Positions 56,020 to 64,000 of a stretch of DNA of 64,000 bases are shown here, one piece after another. This DNA comes from a virus. Lineage: Duplodnaviria; Caudoviricetes. The notes beneath the pieces were generated by a model. The model searched no databases and had not been told where the DNA came from. It worked only from the letters and a program-made list of their open reading frames with translations. Position 1 is the stretch's first letter; each line of letters begins with the position of its first letter. Position numbers and translations under genes: made by a program. The stretch is taken from the IMG/VR virus record IMGVR_UViG_3300037851_000542, positions 160,001-224,000 of that record. The stretch is one strand, 5' to 3'.

Positions 56020-58796
56020 TGTCGAAAGATTATGTTTGGTTAAATGAGTATTCACAACAATATTTGGAATCAGATTATTTAGTATCAGGACAGTCATTAG
56101 ATGAAAGAGTAGACGTTATATGTCAGACTATTGCAAAAATACTTGGAGATAAGCTCTCTATTGCCGATAAATTTAAAGAAAATTTAAAAAAAGGCTGGTA
56201 CTCTTTATCCACCCCTATATGGGCTAACTTTGGAACAGACAGAGGGCTTCCCATTAGTTGTTTTTCAAGTACTATTGAGGATAATATGGCGTCTATACTT
56301 TACACCAACGCTGAAGTTGGTATGATGACTAAGTATGGTGGCGGAACGGCAGCTTATTTTGGAGATCTAAGGGGTAGAGGTCACCCAATTAAGAATAATG
56401 GATATTCTTCTGGTGCTGTACATTTTATGCAAATGTTTGACTCTCAAATGAGCGTTATAAGCCAGGGATCTACTCGTCGTGGTAACTTCGCAGCTTATCT
56501 CCCCATAAATCATCCAGACATAATGGAATTTTTAAAAATAAAAAGCGAAGGGTTTTTAATTCAAGACCTTTCTTTTGGGGTATGTGTTGAGGACGAGTGG
56601 CTTCAATCAATGAAAGATGGGGACAAAGAAAAAAGAAAAATATGGGCAAAGGTGCTAGAAGTTAGAGCTAATGTTGGATACCCTTACATAATATTTACCG
56701 ATAATGTAAATAAAAATACAGCCGATGTTTACATTGACAAGGAGATGAAAATCACTCACTCAAATTTATGCATAGCTGGAGATCAAAGAGTGGTAACTTC
56801 TCTAGGTTATCTAACAGCAAAAGAGCTTTGTGAATTAGATATTCCTTTATCCTTATTTGATGGGGAAAAAGAAGTTAAATCTTCAAAAATGAAACTTAGA
56901 GAACACTCCGCAGATATATTTAAGATTACTTTAGAAAACGGTTTAGAACATAGAATAACTGGTTATCACCCTTTGCCAGTTTTAAATACTGCTACTAAGC
57001 AGATTTCTAAAACCTTGTGCCAAGATTTAAAAGTAGGAGATATAATTGCTATCCAAACTAACAAAGGTTTATTTGGAGAATTAGATATGCCTAAAGAAGC
57101 TTTTTTATTAGGGCTCTACCAAGGAGACGGTACTCAAACCAAAACAGATATAATGCTGGACCTCTGGGAAAATGATTTTGATCTAGAAAAAGAAATACAA
57201 GAAGCTTTTAATTATATTCATTTTAAATACAATTGTGATAATTACGGAGTTATTAATCAAACTGCCAGATTGGTTGGGACTAGAAGAAGAAATCCAGCTA
57301 CTTTTCATACATGTAACGCAGGACAGTCTAACGTAGCAAAAAAAAGATTAAGCTCTAGAACTTTAAAAAAAGCTCTAGATTTTAAAAAAGGAATAGTGCC
57401 AGACTGGATTTGGAAGTCTTCCGAGAAAACCCAATGGCAATACGTAAGGGGATTACTTTATTCAGACGGTACTTGCGGAATGTACAATGGTAAAGGTGAT
57501 TCGATTCAGGTTTCTCTAGCTAGTATTGATTTAACTTTTCTTAAAGATGTTCAGCTAATTTTTAATAATCTGGGATTGCAATCCTCTATTAGATTGTTGA
57601 GAAAATCAGGACAAAATCTACTACCCGATGGTAAAGGTGGAAAGAAATACTATCATACAAAGGACTGTTGGAGACTCATTGTTAGCAATAAAGCTTCCTG
57701 TATAGAGTTAGATTTAAATACGGGATTTTTAAAAAGAAAAAGCATTAACTTATCTAATAGAAAATACCGAGATAATACTAAAAAAGGTTATAAAATAAGT
57801 TCAATAATGTATGAAGGAAGAGAGCCTGTATATTGCCCTACTGTTGAGAGTGAAGATCATATATTTATCAGCCAAGGTTTCAAAACATTTAACTGTAGTG
57901 AGATCTTTTTGCCCACAAGTGCTACAGAGTCTTTTGTTTGTGATCTCTCTTCTATGAACTTACTCCATTATGATGATTGGAAAGATACAGATGCAGTAGA
58001 AGTTTTGATTTATGTTTTAGATGCAGTTATGGAAGAGTTCATAGAGAAGTCTAAAAACATTATGTTTATGGATCGGGCGCATAATTTTGCTAAAAATCAC
58101 AGAGCTTTAGGTCTAGGGGTACTAGGTTGGCACAGCTTACTACAAAGTAAAATGATACCATTTGAAAGTATGGAAGCTAAGTTATTAAATACTACAATTT
58201 TTAAGGGACTACAAAAGAAAACTCTTGAAGCCTCTCAATACTTAGCTACTATATACGGTGAGCCTAAATTATTAAAAGGGTACGGAAGAAGAAATTCTAC
58301 TACTATGGCTATTGCACCTACCAAAAGTTCTGCTTTTATATTAGGTCAAGTGTCAGAAGGTATTGAACCTCACAAGTCTAATTATTATATTAAAGATTTG
58401 GCTAAAGGAAAGTTTTCTATACGAAATGTTCATTTAAAAGATCTACTGGCATCTCTTCAAAGGGATACTTCGGAAGTTTGGGAATCTATCTTAAAAAATA
58501 AAGGTAGCGTTCAGCATTTAGATTTTCTAACTATTGAGCAAAAAAACGTATTTAAGACTTTTCAGGAAATCTCCCCGAGAGAAATTGTTATTCAAGCAGC
58601 ATCTAGACAAAAGTATATCGACCAAGGGCAGTCGTTAAATTTAATGATTAATCCTAAAACTCCAGTTAAAGATGTAAATGCTTTAATATTAGAAGCTTGG
58701 GAGTTAGGTGTAAAAGCTTTCTATTATCAGATCGGTATAAATGCTGCTCAAGAGCTTAGTCAAAATATTCTTACTTGCACTAGTTGCGAAAGTTAA
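56019..58796 (+). CDS. nrdA: Class I ribonucleotide reductase alpha subunit, no ATP cone, intein-containing
   Basis: GLPISCF, GGGT, RRG.FAAYL, SNL|CSE, AIAPT.SS, QGQSLN, FYY, terminal CTSCES. The extein is 550 aa. Confidence 0.96.
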   Translation: MSKDYVWLNEYSQQYLESDYLVSGQSLDERVDVICQTIAKILGDKLSIADKFKENLKKGWYSLSTPIWANFGTDRGLPISCFSSTIEDNMASILYTNAEVGMMTKYGGGTAAYFGDLRGRGHPIKNNGYSSGAVHFMQMFDSQMSVISQGSTRRGNFAAYLPINHPDIMEFLKIKSEGFLIQDLSFGVCVEDEWLQSMKDGDKEKRKIWAKVLEVRANVGYPYIIFTDNVNKNTADVYIDKEMKITHSNLCIAGDQRVVTSLGYLTAKELCELDIPLSLFDGEKEVKSSKMKLREHSADIFKITLENGLEHRITGYHPLPVLNTATKQISKTLCQDLKVGDIIAIQTNKGLFGELDMPKEAFLLGLYQGDGTQTKTDIMLDLWENDFDLEKEIQEAFNYIHFKYNCDNYGVINQTARLVGTRRRNPATFHTCNAGQSNVAKKRLSSRTLKKALDFKKGIVPDWIWKSSEKTQWQYVRGLLYSDGTCGMYNGKGDSIQVSLASIDLTFLKDVQLIFNNLGLQSSIRLLRKSGQNLLPDGKGGKKYYHTKDCWRLIVSNKASCIELDLNTGFLKRKSINLSNRKYRDNTKKGYKISSIMYEGREPVYCPTVESEDHIFISQGFKTFNCSEIFLPTSATESFVCDLSSMNLLHYDDWKDTDAVEVLIYVLDAVMEEFIEKSKNIMFMDRAHNFAKNHRALGLGVLGWHSLLQSKMIPFESMEAKLLNTTIFKGLQKKTLEASQYLATIYGEPKLLKGYGRRNSTTMAIAPTKSSAFILGQVSEGIEPHKSNYYIKDLAKGKFSIRNVHLKDLLASLQRDTSEVWESILKNKGSVQHLDFLTIEQKNVFKTFQEISPREIVIQAASRQKYIDQGQSLNLMINPKTPVKDVNALILEAWELGVKAFYYQIGINAAQELSQNILTCTSCES
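56769..57893 (+). mobile_element. Intein (375 aa) with LAGLIDADG homing endonuclease in nrdA
   Basis: CIAGDQRV...TGYH...LGLYQGDG...RGLLYSDG...VYCPTV...KTFN|C. Inserted just before the catalytic Cys of NLCSE. Confidence 0.95.
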
Positions 58797-58863
58797 GTAT
58801 ACTGAAGGCTGATACTCCTCTACATCTGAAAAACAGTTTATTATTAATAACCTAAAAGTACCT

Positions 58864-59544
58864 ATGCAAACTACTAATGATATTAAATCTAATAACCTAA
58901 AAGCCTATGAAAACATAGGTTTAGAGTATGAAAATTTTATACAAAGGACTAAATGGAGTATAGTTAGACCAAGTTTAACTAATCTGCTTGTTAATTTAGT
59001 AGAACGTAATACTAATAATGCTTTAGACTTAGGTTGTAATATTGGAAAAGAAAGTATTAGATTGCAATGTGACTTTGGTTTTGATGTAGAGGCTATAGAC
59101 TTTTCCGCCAATAATATAAAACTTGCAAAACAACATAAAGACTCGGATGAGGACTTCTATGACTTTATAGGTTTTCCTAATTTTAAAGTAGGGGACATAG
59201 AAACCTATATTCCTGAAAAAGATAATTATGAATTAATACAAATGATGTTTGTATTATTCCATATTGACAGACAAAGGCATTTTAATATTATAGACAAATA
59301 CCTAAACCTCTTGGACAAAAATGGTAAATTTATGTTAACTACCTCTATGGAAGTAGGAGGTACAGTAGAAACAGAATTCACAGAATTACCTAATTGGTTG
59401 GGTAAAGGCACTACTGAGTATAGTTACTTTAATAAAGATGTGTACATAGAAAGGTATAAAGATCATATTATTATGGAGTTTGGAGTTAATGTAGCCGAAA
59501 ACGGTCTTATGTATAAATTCAACCATTTAATACTAGGAAATTGA
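58864..59544 (+). CDS. Class I SAM-dependent methyltransferase
   Basis: ALDLGCNIG, VEAIDFS, VGDIE. Confidence 0.85.
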   Translation: MQTTNDIKSNNLKAYENIGLEYENFIQRTKWSIVRPSLTNLLVNLVERNTNNALDLGCNIGKESIRLQCDFGFDVEAIDFSANNIKLAKQHKDSDEDFYDFIGFPNFKVGDIETYIPEKDNYELIQMMFVLFHIDRQRHFNIIDKYLNLLDKNGKFMLTTSMEVGGTVETEFTELPNWLGKGTTEYSYFNKDVYIERYKDHIIMEFGVNVAENGLMYKFNHLILGN

Positions 59545-59777
59545 TTATGAGCGAAAAATCAAACATTGATAAAGTAATTACAGCTATACTCTTTACTTTA
59601 CTATTTTTGCTATTTATAGCAATAGATATCTGGATTTTAAAAAGTATATTTAATCTGATAAGTTATCATACCTTTTCTTCTGCTTTAAAGTTAAGTATGG
59701 GACAAGCATTCTTTCTATGGTTATTAGTCTTTTATCTAAGACTCACCACTCTTGCAATTCTAAAAAATAACAACTAG
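59541..59777 (+). CDS. Small membrane protein
   Basis: 78 aa, two hydrophobic segments. Confidence 0.55.
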   Translation: MIMSEKSNIDKVITAILFTLLFLLFIAIDIWILKSIFNLISYHTFSSALKLSMGQAFFLWLLVFYLRLTTLAILKNNN

Positions 59778-59785
59778 TTAATTAA

Positions 59786-60532
59786 ATGTTTTCTATACAC
59801 CCAGCTTTGCTAAAAAACTTAGATGCTAGTTTTATTAACAGTTTCATTGAAAACTATGAAACAGGTGTAGACATCCTATACTTTACTAAAAATAAATTTC
59901 AATTTAAAAACTTCTTTCATTTTGGTACGATAGCACAAGCTTTAAAGAAACCAGAGTGTTACTTTGAAGAAGATAAGTTTATTTATACAAACTACGCAGC
60001 TAACTGTAAAACAATAGAAAATTTTCTATTAAATAGGGACTACGACCTAGTACCTGCCTATAAAATTAATTTTACTGAAGATAAGATTCTACATATAAGA
60101 CCAAACTCTGGGTTAAAGCCTTTTGCTGGATTTCCTACTCACTCTTTTGTTGTTAAGTCCGAAATTGATTTTAGACAAATTGCTCCAGAAACACTATGTA
60201 TAATAAGTCCTTTTAAACTAATAAAAGAGATTGAAATAAGAGCTTGGTTTATTGAGGGTAGATTTGTAACTTACGGTGTATATGGATTTGGCTCCAGCGC
60301 CGTAGAAAAAATAGACCTTAGTGGTGATCTAAAAGAGCTAATTTCAATACTAGAGCAGTCTGGTGACCTAGATTACTTTGGATTAGGTTGTACAGTAGAT
60401 TTTGTATTAGATGTTAGATCTAATCAATGGAAAATAGTAGAATGTAATGGTTTAGCTACTTCTGGCTGGTATAATGGTATAGATGTTATGGCTTTAATGG
60501 CTACCTTAAACAGTCAGCTTAGTGGGTACTAA
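59786..60532 (+). CDS. ATP-grasp domain protein (R2K/DUF4343-like)
   Basis: HIRPNSGLKPFAG, EIEIRAWFIEG, VDF...WKIVECN...SGWY. Confidence 0.75.
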   Translation: MFSIHPALLKNLDASFINSFIENYETGVDILYFTKNKFQFKNFFHFGTIAQALKKPECYFEEDKFIYTNYAANCKTIENFLLNRDYDLVPAYKINFTEDKILHIRPNSGLKPFAGFPTHSFVVKSEIDFRQIAPETLCIISPFKLIKEIEIRAWFIEGRFVTYGVYGFGSSAVEKIDLSGDLKELISILEQSGDLDYFGLGCTVDFVLDVRSNQWKIVECNGLATSGWYNGIDVMALMATLNSQLSGY

Positions 60533-60878
60533 TTACTTTTGTTGCCGCAATTTTAAAAAAAAGATACCCAAGTCTGCAATACATATTGGGAAGAAAAGTT
60601 ACGGATGGTCTTTTTCTTTTAGAGCACACGAAGCGTGTGGGCTTGTTACCAGTAGTGCTTGGCTAAATTTTCTATATACAAATCCACAACTTACAATAGT
60701 GGATGAATATAACAATCCTATTTCTTACGGTCAATTTAAAGATTTAGTCAATAGCTCTTTATTAGAACCTAATAATCAATATTTATGGTCTTTAAAACGT
60801 GATTATCTAAACACTAGGGAAGAAACAGATTGGTTAGATGATTCTGGTTTTTGTATCACTTCAGTAGACTTTTCCTAA
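60522..60878 (+). CDS. Conserved phage hypothetical protein
   Basis: GTG start; MGTNY...HIGK.S.GW.F.F...IVDEY pattern. Confidence 0.65.
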   Translation: MGTNYFCCRNFKKKIPKSAIHIGKKSYGWSFSFRAHEACGLVTSSAWLNFLYTNPQLTIVDEYNNPISYGQFKDLVNSSLLEPNNQYLWSLKRDYLNTREETDWLDDSGFCITSVDFS

Positions 60879-60883
60879 TTTAA

Positions 60884-61309
60884 TTGTTATACTTGTTTAA
60901 ATGTTTAATTAATTTTATAGACTACATTGTAACCTATATGAAGAATATATACTATTTAGCTTGCCCTTATAGTAAAGGTACCGAACAAGTAAGGATAGAA
61001 AGATTTGATAAGGTAACAGAAGCTTGTTCTTTATTAACTAACCAAGGGTTCTGTATATTTTCACCTATTACCCATAGTCATCCTATGGTTAAGTACGGGG
61101 TACCTAGTTGCTGGGATTTCTGGAAGAAAGTAGATACATTGTTTATCTCAGTATTTACAGGATTAATAGTTTTACAGTTAGATGGCTGGTTAGAATCAGC
61201 AGGTGTACAGGAAGAAATACTTATAGCTGAGTCTATGGGTAAACCTGTAATATATGTAACACTGGAAGATATTAGAGCCGCTAAATTAAGTGGGGCATTG
61301 GCACCATGA
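60884..61309 (+). CDS. DUF1937 / nucleoside 2-deoxyribosyltransferase-like protein
   Basis: IYYLACPYS, FSPITHSH, LIVLQLDGW.ES.GV..EI..A...GKPV. Likely start is the ATG at 60938. Confidence 0.75.
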   Translation: MLYLFKCLINFIDYIVTYMKNIYYLACPYSKGTEQVRIERFDKVTEACSLLTNQGFCIFSPITHSHPMVKYGVPSCWDFWKKVDTLFISVFTGLIVLQLDGWLESAGVQEEILIAESMGKPVIYVTLEDIRAAKLSGALAP

Positions 61310-62118
61310 GCAAAATAATACTACATCCACGTAACCTGACATTATATATAATTATATCCTCAGTAGTATTGTTTATACTAGGTACTTTTATTACTTTTAA
61401 AGGTTTAGGCATAAGAGATCGAAATGAGTTTCCTTGGATGGGTTCTCTTACGAATTCAGATGTTAATAACTTTAAAAATAGGTTCTGCGGCGGATCATTA
61501 ATTGATGAGTACCACGTTATTACTGCAGCACACTGTGTTAATCCTAGAAACTCTAGTCCACTATTTTTTAGTATAGGTTCTCCAGAGTTGACTGAGGCAA
61601 AGACATTTATAGAAGTAGAGGAAATTATTGTACACGAAAAATATTCTCATAGGTTTTTAAACGATGATATTGCAATCTTAAAATTAAAAAAACCTTATAA
61701 ATTAAAATCTTACCCCAAATTACCTACCGAACAAGTTGTTAGTAATTTAAAGAAAGCCTTTATATTAGGTTGGGGTACCTTGGATAGAGAAAAAAATGTA
61801 CAGCCTAATCTATTAAAGTATATGCCTATAGATATTTGGGATCAAAGTGATTGTATAACTTCTATAGCAAGTCTATTATATAATCCTGTTAAAATGATAT
61901 GTGGTGGTATATTAGCATCTTACTCAAATGGCAAGGATGGGGAAAGTCCTTGTTATGGGGATTCTGGTGGTCCAATATTAACAAAAGCAGGAAAAGATTT
62001 TTATATAGTAGGGATTGTATCTTGGGGCACTGAGTGCTATAGTAATTTGACCCCACAGGTATTTACAAATGTATATTATCACAACGATTGGATAAAAGAT
62101 AAACTAGAAAATTCTTAA
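61306..62118 (+). CDS. S1A chymotrypsin-family serine protease with N-terminal TM/signal
   Basis: CGGSLI...TAAHC, DDIAILKL, GDSGGP, GIVSWG..C, P.VFTNV...DWI. Confidence 0.95.
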   Translation: MSKIILHPRNLTLYIIISSVVLFILGTFITFKGLGIRDRNEFPWMGSLTNSDVNNFKNRFCGGSLIDEYHVITAAHCVNPRNSSPLFFSIGSPELTEAKTFIEVEEIIVHEKYSHRFLNDDIAILKLKKPYKLKSYPKLPTEQVVSNLKKAFILGWGTLDREKNVQPNLLKYMPIDIWDQSDCITSIASLLYNPVKMICGGILASYSNGKDGESPCYGDSGGPILTKAGKDFYIVGIVSWGTECYSNLTPQVFTNVYYHNDWIKDKLENS

Positions 62119-62129
62119 AGGAAAAATAT

Positions 62130-62453
62130 ATGAATAATCAAAATGCACAACAAGAAGGGCGTACCTTAACAGCAGAAACTGCTACAATTAAGGATCTTAT
62201 TGAAGTAAATAATAGTCTGAAATTATCTTTCAATGAAAGTAGACCTAGATTAGAGGATGCACCACTTTTACTTGAAGCAGTAAAAATTCTTAACTTTGTA
62301 AATCTAGTTCTAGAAAGACTAGAAGCAGAGTCTAAAGATAAAACAGAACTTCCTGTAACCTCTCCTGTAACCTCTCCTGTTAACCATACAAGCTCTCAGC
62401 CTGCAAAAGAGGTAGTTAACCCTGTTGCATTTGTTAATAATGTATCACTCTAA
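62130..62453 (+). CDS. Hypothetical protein with PVTS repeat
   Basis: 107 aa; 12-bp repeat tcctgtaacctc x2.5 at 62351-62380. Confidence 0.65.
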   Translation: MNNQNAQQEGRTLTAETATIKDLIEVNNSLKLSFNESRPRLEDAPLLLEAVKILNFVNLVLERLEAESKDKTELPVTSPVTSPVNHTSSQPAKEVVNPVAFVNNVSL

Positions 62454-62465
62454 AGAAGATTTGAA

Positions 62466-63170
62466 ATGAGAAAATTTATTTTACTTTTAAAACTTTTGCT
62501 TGCTAGATTTCTTAGTCTTTTTATCGGAAAAAAGGAGGAAACTGAGGAATCCGAATCCGAATCCGAATTAGAAACTGATTCCGAGGTTGATTCCGAACTA
62601 AGCGAAGAGAATTTAGATGGAGAGAACAACTCAGATGAAACAGAGGGGTTAGATCCAGAAGCAGATAGTGACAGCGGTACTGAGTCTGTAGACGAGACAG
62701 TTGCAGATGAAGAACGTATCGCTGACGCCGGTGAAGCCTCTAGTTTAACAGACCCAAAGACTGACTTTAGAAATGCTAAAGTTTTGGCAGCACTTTGGAA
62801 ACCTAAACGTGATCACGGGCACGAAGCTGTAGTAGTATTCTGGTCAGATAACATCTCATATAAAGACTTAGTGCTTGAAGTTTTAAACCCTAAAGGTCAG
62901 CAGATCAAAGTTTTAGGTAAAAAAGACTTTGTACCCGCTTCTTATTATGTACGTGGTCACAATGTACACGGTAAATATGGGGGTATAAACTTTGCTTTGC
63001 CAGTCAGCTCTAACCAGTTACCCAAGAAGCTTATGTTGAAAGCTAAAGTAAAGAGTCCAGCTACTGGTAAGGTTAAATATGTTAAAATATTTAAGTTTGA
63101 TTCAATAACTGTATCAGATCCTAATAAGAGAGTAGAGGTGAATTACAAAACAAACAACTATAAAGGTTAA
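62466..63170 (+). CDS. Membrane-anchored/secreted protein with acidic linker
   Basis: N-terminal hydrophobic segment, ~70-aa E/D/S tract, basic beta-rich C-domain. Confidence 0.65.
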   Translation: MRKFILLLKLLLARFLSLFIGKKEETEESESESELETDSEVDSELSEENLDGENNSDETEGLDPEADSDSGTESVDETVADEERIADAGEASSLTDPKTDFRNAKVLAALWKPKRDHGHEAVVVFWSDNISYKDLVLEVLNPKGQQIKVLGKKDFVPASYYVRGHNVHGKYGGINFALPVSSNQLPKKLMLKAKVKSPATGKVKYVKIFKFDSITVSDPNKRVEVNYKTNNYKG

Positions 63171-63175
63171 ACACG

Positions 63176-63538
63176 TTGAAGTTTCCAGTTATAAAAAAAG
63201 GAGTTACAAGGTGGGTAATTGTTTGCCCTAAGAGAGCTTATAAAATCCCGTCACTTTATAGCTGGAAACACTTTTTGCAAGGATTATTAGCTAATATGCA
63301 AGAAGCTCAATGGAGTGGTTTTGATAAAAGACTTTGCCCCGTTATTTTTAAGCTACCACTGGGTTTTTTAGTTGTGATGCCAACAGTTGAACCAATTAAA
63401 ACAGAAGATTGTTACTTGCCGGACGATATGTATGACGCTCTTGTAAATCACGAAGATTACATATTACCTGTTGAAAATAAAACTAATTCTTTTGGTATTT
63501 TAAATGGAGAAATTGTAGCTATTGATTATGGATCTTAA
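63176..63538 (+). CDS. Conserved phage hypothetical protein (kinase-fold-like)
   Basis: G.TR.V.V...AYKIP...GL.AN.QE...ENK..SFG...IVAIDYG. Confidence 0.55.
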   Translation: MKFPVIKKGVTRWVIVCPKRAYKIPSLYSWKHFLQGLLANMQEAQWSGFDKRLCPVIFKLPLGFLVVMPTVEPIKTEDCYLPDDMYDALVNHEDYILPVENKTNSFGILNGEIVAIDYGS

Positions 63539-63560
63539 TTAGTTTAACTAAGTACCTTAA

Positions 63561-64000
63561 ATGACTACACTACTTAGATATCCAGGAGGTAAGCAGAAAT
63601 TAATTAAGCCTATATTAAACTTGATAGGACTAGACTTGTTAAAATCTACTAGATATGTAGAACCTTTTTTAGGTGGAGGTTCTATGGCTATTGAAATAGT
63701 TAAAAAATATCCTAATATAAATGAAATAGTTTTATCAGATATAGATGTAAACTTATGCGCTTTATGGAATTCGGTTATTAATAATAAAGAGAGTTTAAAA
63801 ACCCTTATTAAGGACTTTACCCCTACAGTAGAATCTTTTTTTAAATTTAAAGAAGATTTACAAACACCAGATATAGATCCTTTGCTAAGAGGGTTTAAAA
63901 AACTTGCAATTCATCAGATGTCCTATTCTGGTCTTGGGGAAAAAGCAGGAGGTCCTATAGGAGGTAAAGCTCAAAACTCTAAGTATTTAATTAACTGTAG
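63561..64000 (+). CDS. Dam-like (D12 class) DNA adenine methyltransferase, truncated by the window end
   Basis: Not in the track. ATG at 63561: LRYPGGKQKL...YVEPFLGGGSM...LSDID. Confidence 0.9.
   Translation, partial: MTTLLRYPGGKQKLIKPILNLIGLDLLKSTRYVEPFLGGGSMAIEIVKKYPNINEIVLSDIDVNLCALWNSVINNKESLKTLIKDFTPTVESFFKFKEDLQTPDIDPLLRGFKKLAIHQMSYSGLGEKAGGPIGGKAQNSKYLINC

Noticed and set aside
3878-59411. The many short opposite-strand or nested ORFs in the track (e.g. 3878..4342, 8929..9315, 13033..13719, 15979..16449, 36165..36413, 54487..54756)
   Set aside because: They lie antisense to long genes with clear motifs, lack RBS or family signatures, and have the Ser/Leu/Phe-rich composition of shadow ORFs.
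1-64000. Stop-codon reassignment, as seen in some large phages
   Set aside because: Conserved enzymes are full length in code 11, and TAA, TAG (e.g. 757, 32839) and TGA (e.g. 49720, 59544) all end genes at sensible positions.
1-64000. CRISPR array, tRNA genes, or DGR template/variable repeats
   Set aside because: No repeat-spacer periodicity, cloverleaf or adenine-mismatched repeat pair was seen by eye, and no reverse transcriptase ORF. A tRNAscan/CRISPR scan would be the formal check.

Overview
AT-rich, gene-dense 64 kb segment of a large (probably jumbo) tailed dsDNA phage, readable in standard code 11. Bases 1-47,474 are almost entirely minus-strand. Read in transcription order (right to left) they encode: small hypotheticals; a dnaX - holA-like - coiled-coil - actin-like ATPase - methionine aminopeptidase operon; dNMP kinase; then a full morphogenesis module. 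That module runs TerS-like, TerL with a class 3 mini-intein, portal, prohead protease, scaffold, decoration protein, HK97-fold major capsid protein, head fibre, head-tail joining proteins, holin/spanin-like genes, tail terminator, a 767-aa tail tube protein with an internal domain duplication, two chaperones, a 2,542-aa tape measure, hub/tip proteins and fibres. No sheath gene is visible, so the tail is probably long and non-contractile. From 47,556 genes are on the plus strand: an AEP-like/wHTH protein, DEDDh exonuclease, MoxR-type AAA+ ATPase with a metallopeptidase-VWA partner, thyA, a frameshifted conserved phage gene, class Id-like nrdB/nrdA (nrdA with a LAGLIDADG intein), SAM methyltransferase, ATP-grasp, DUF1937-like protein, a chymotrypsin-family protease and a truncated Dam-like methylase. 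A recurring intergenic motif TRTACTAT looks like a late promoter. The most notable signals are the actin-like ATPase with its coupled partner, the Leu-initiated class 3 intein, the duplicated tail tube, the late-promoter regulon, and the class Id-type RNR. All family assignments come from motif recognition only; no database search was run.
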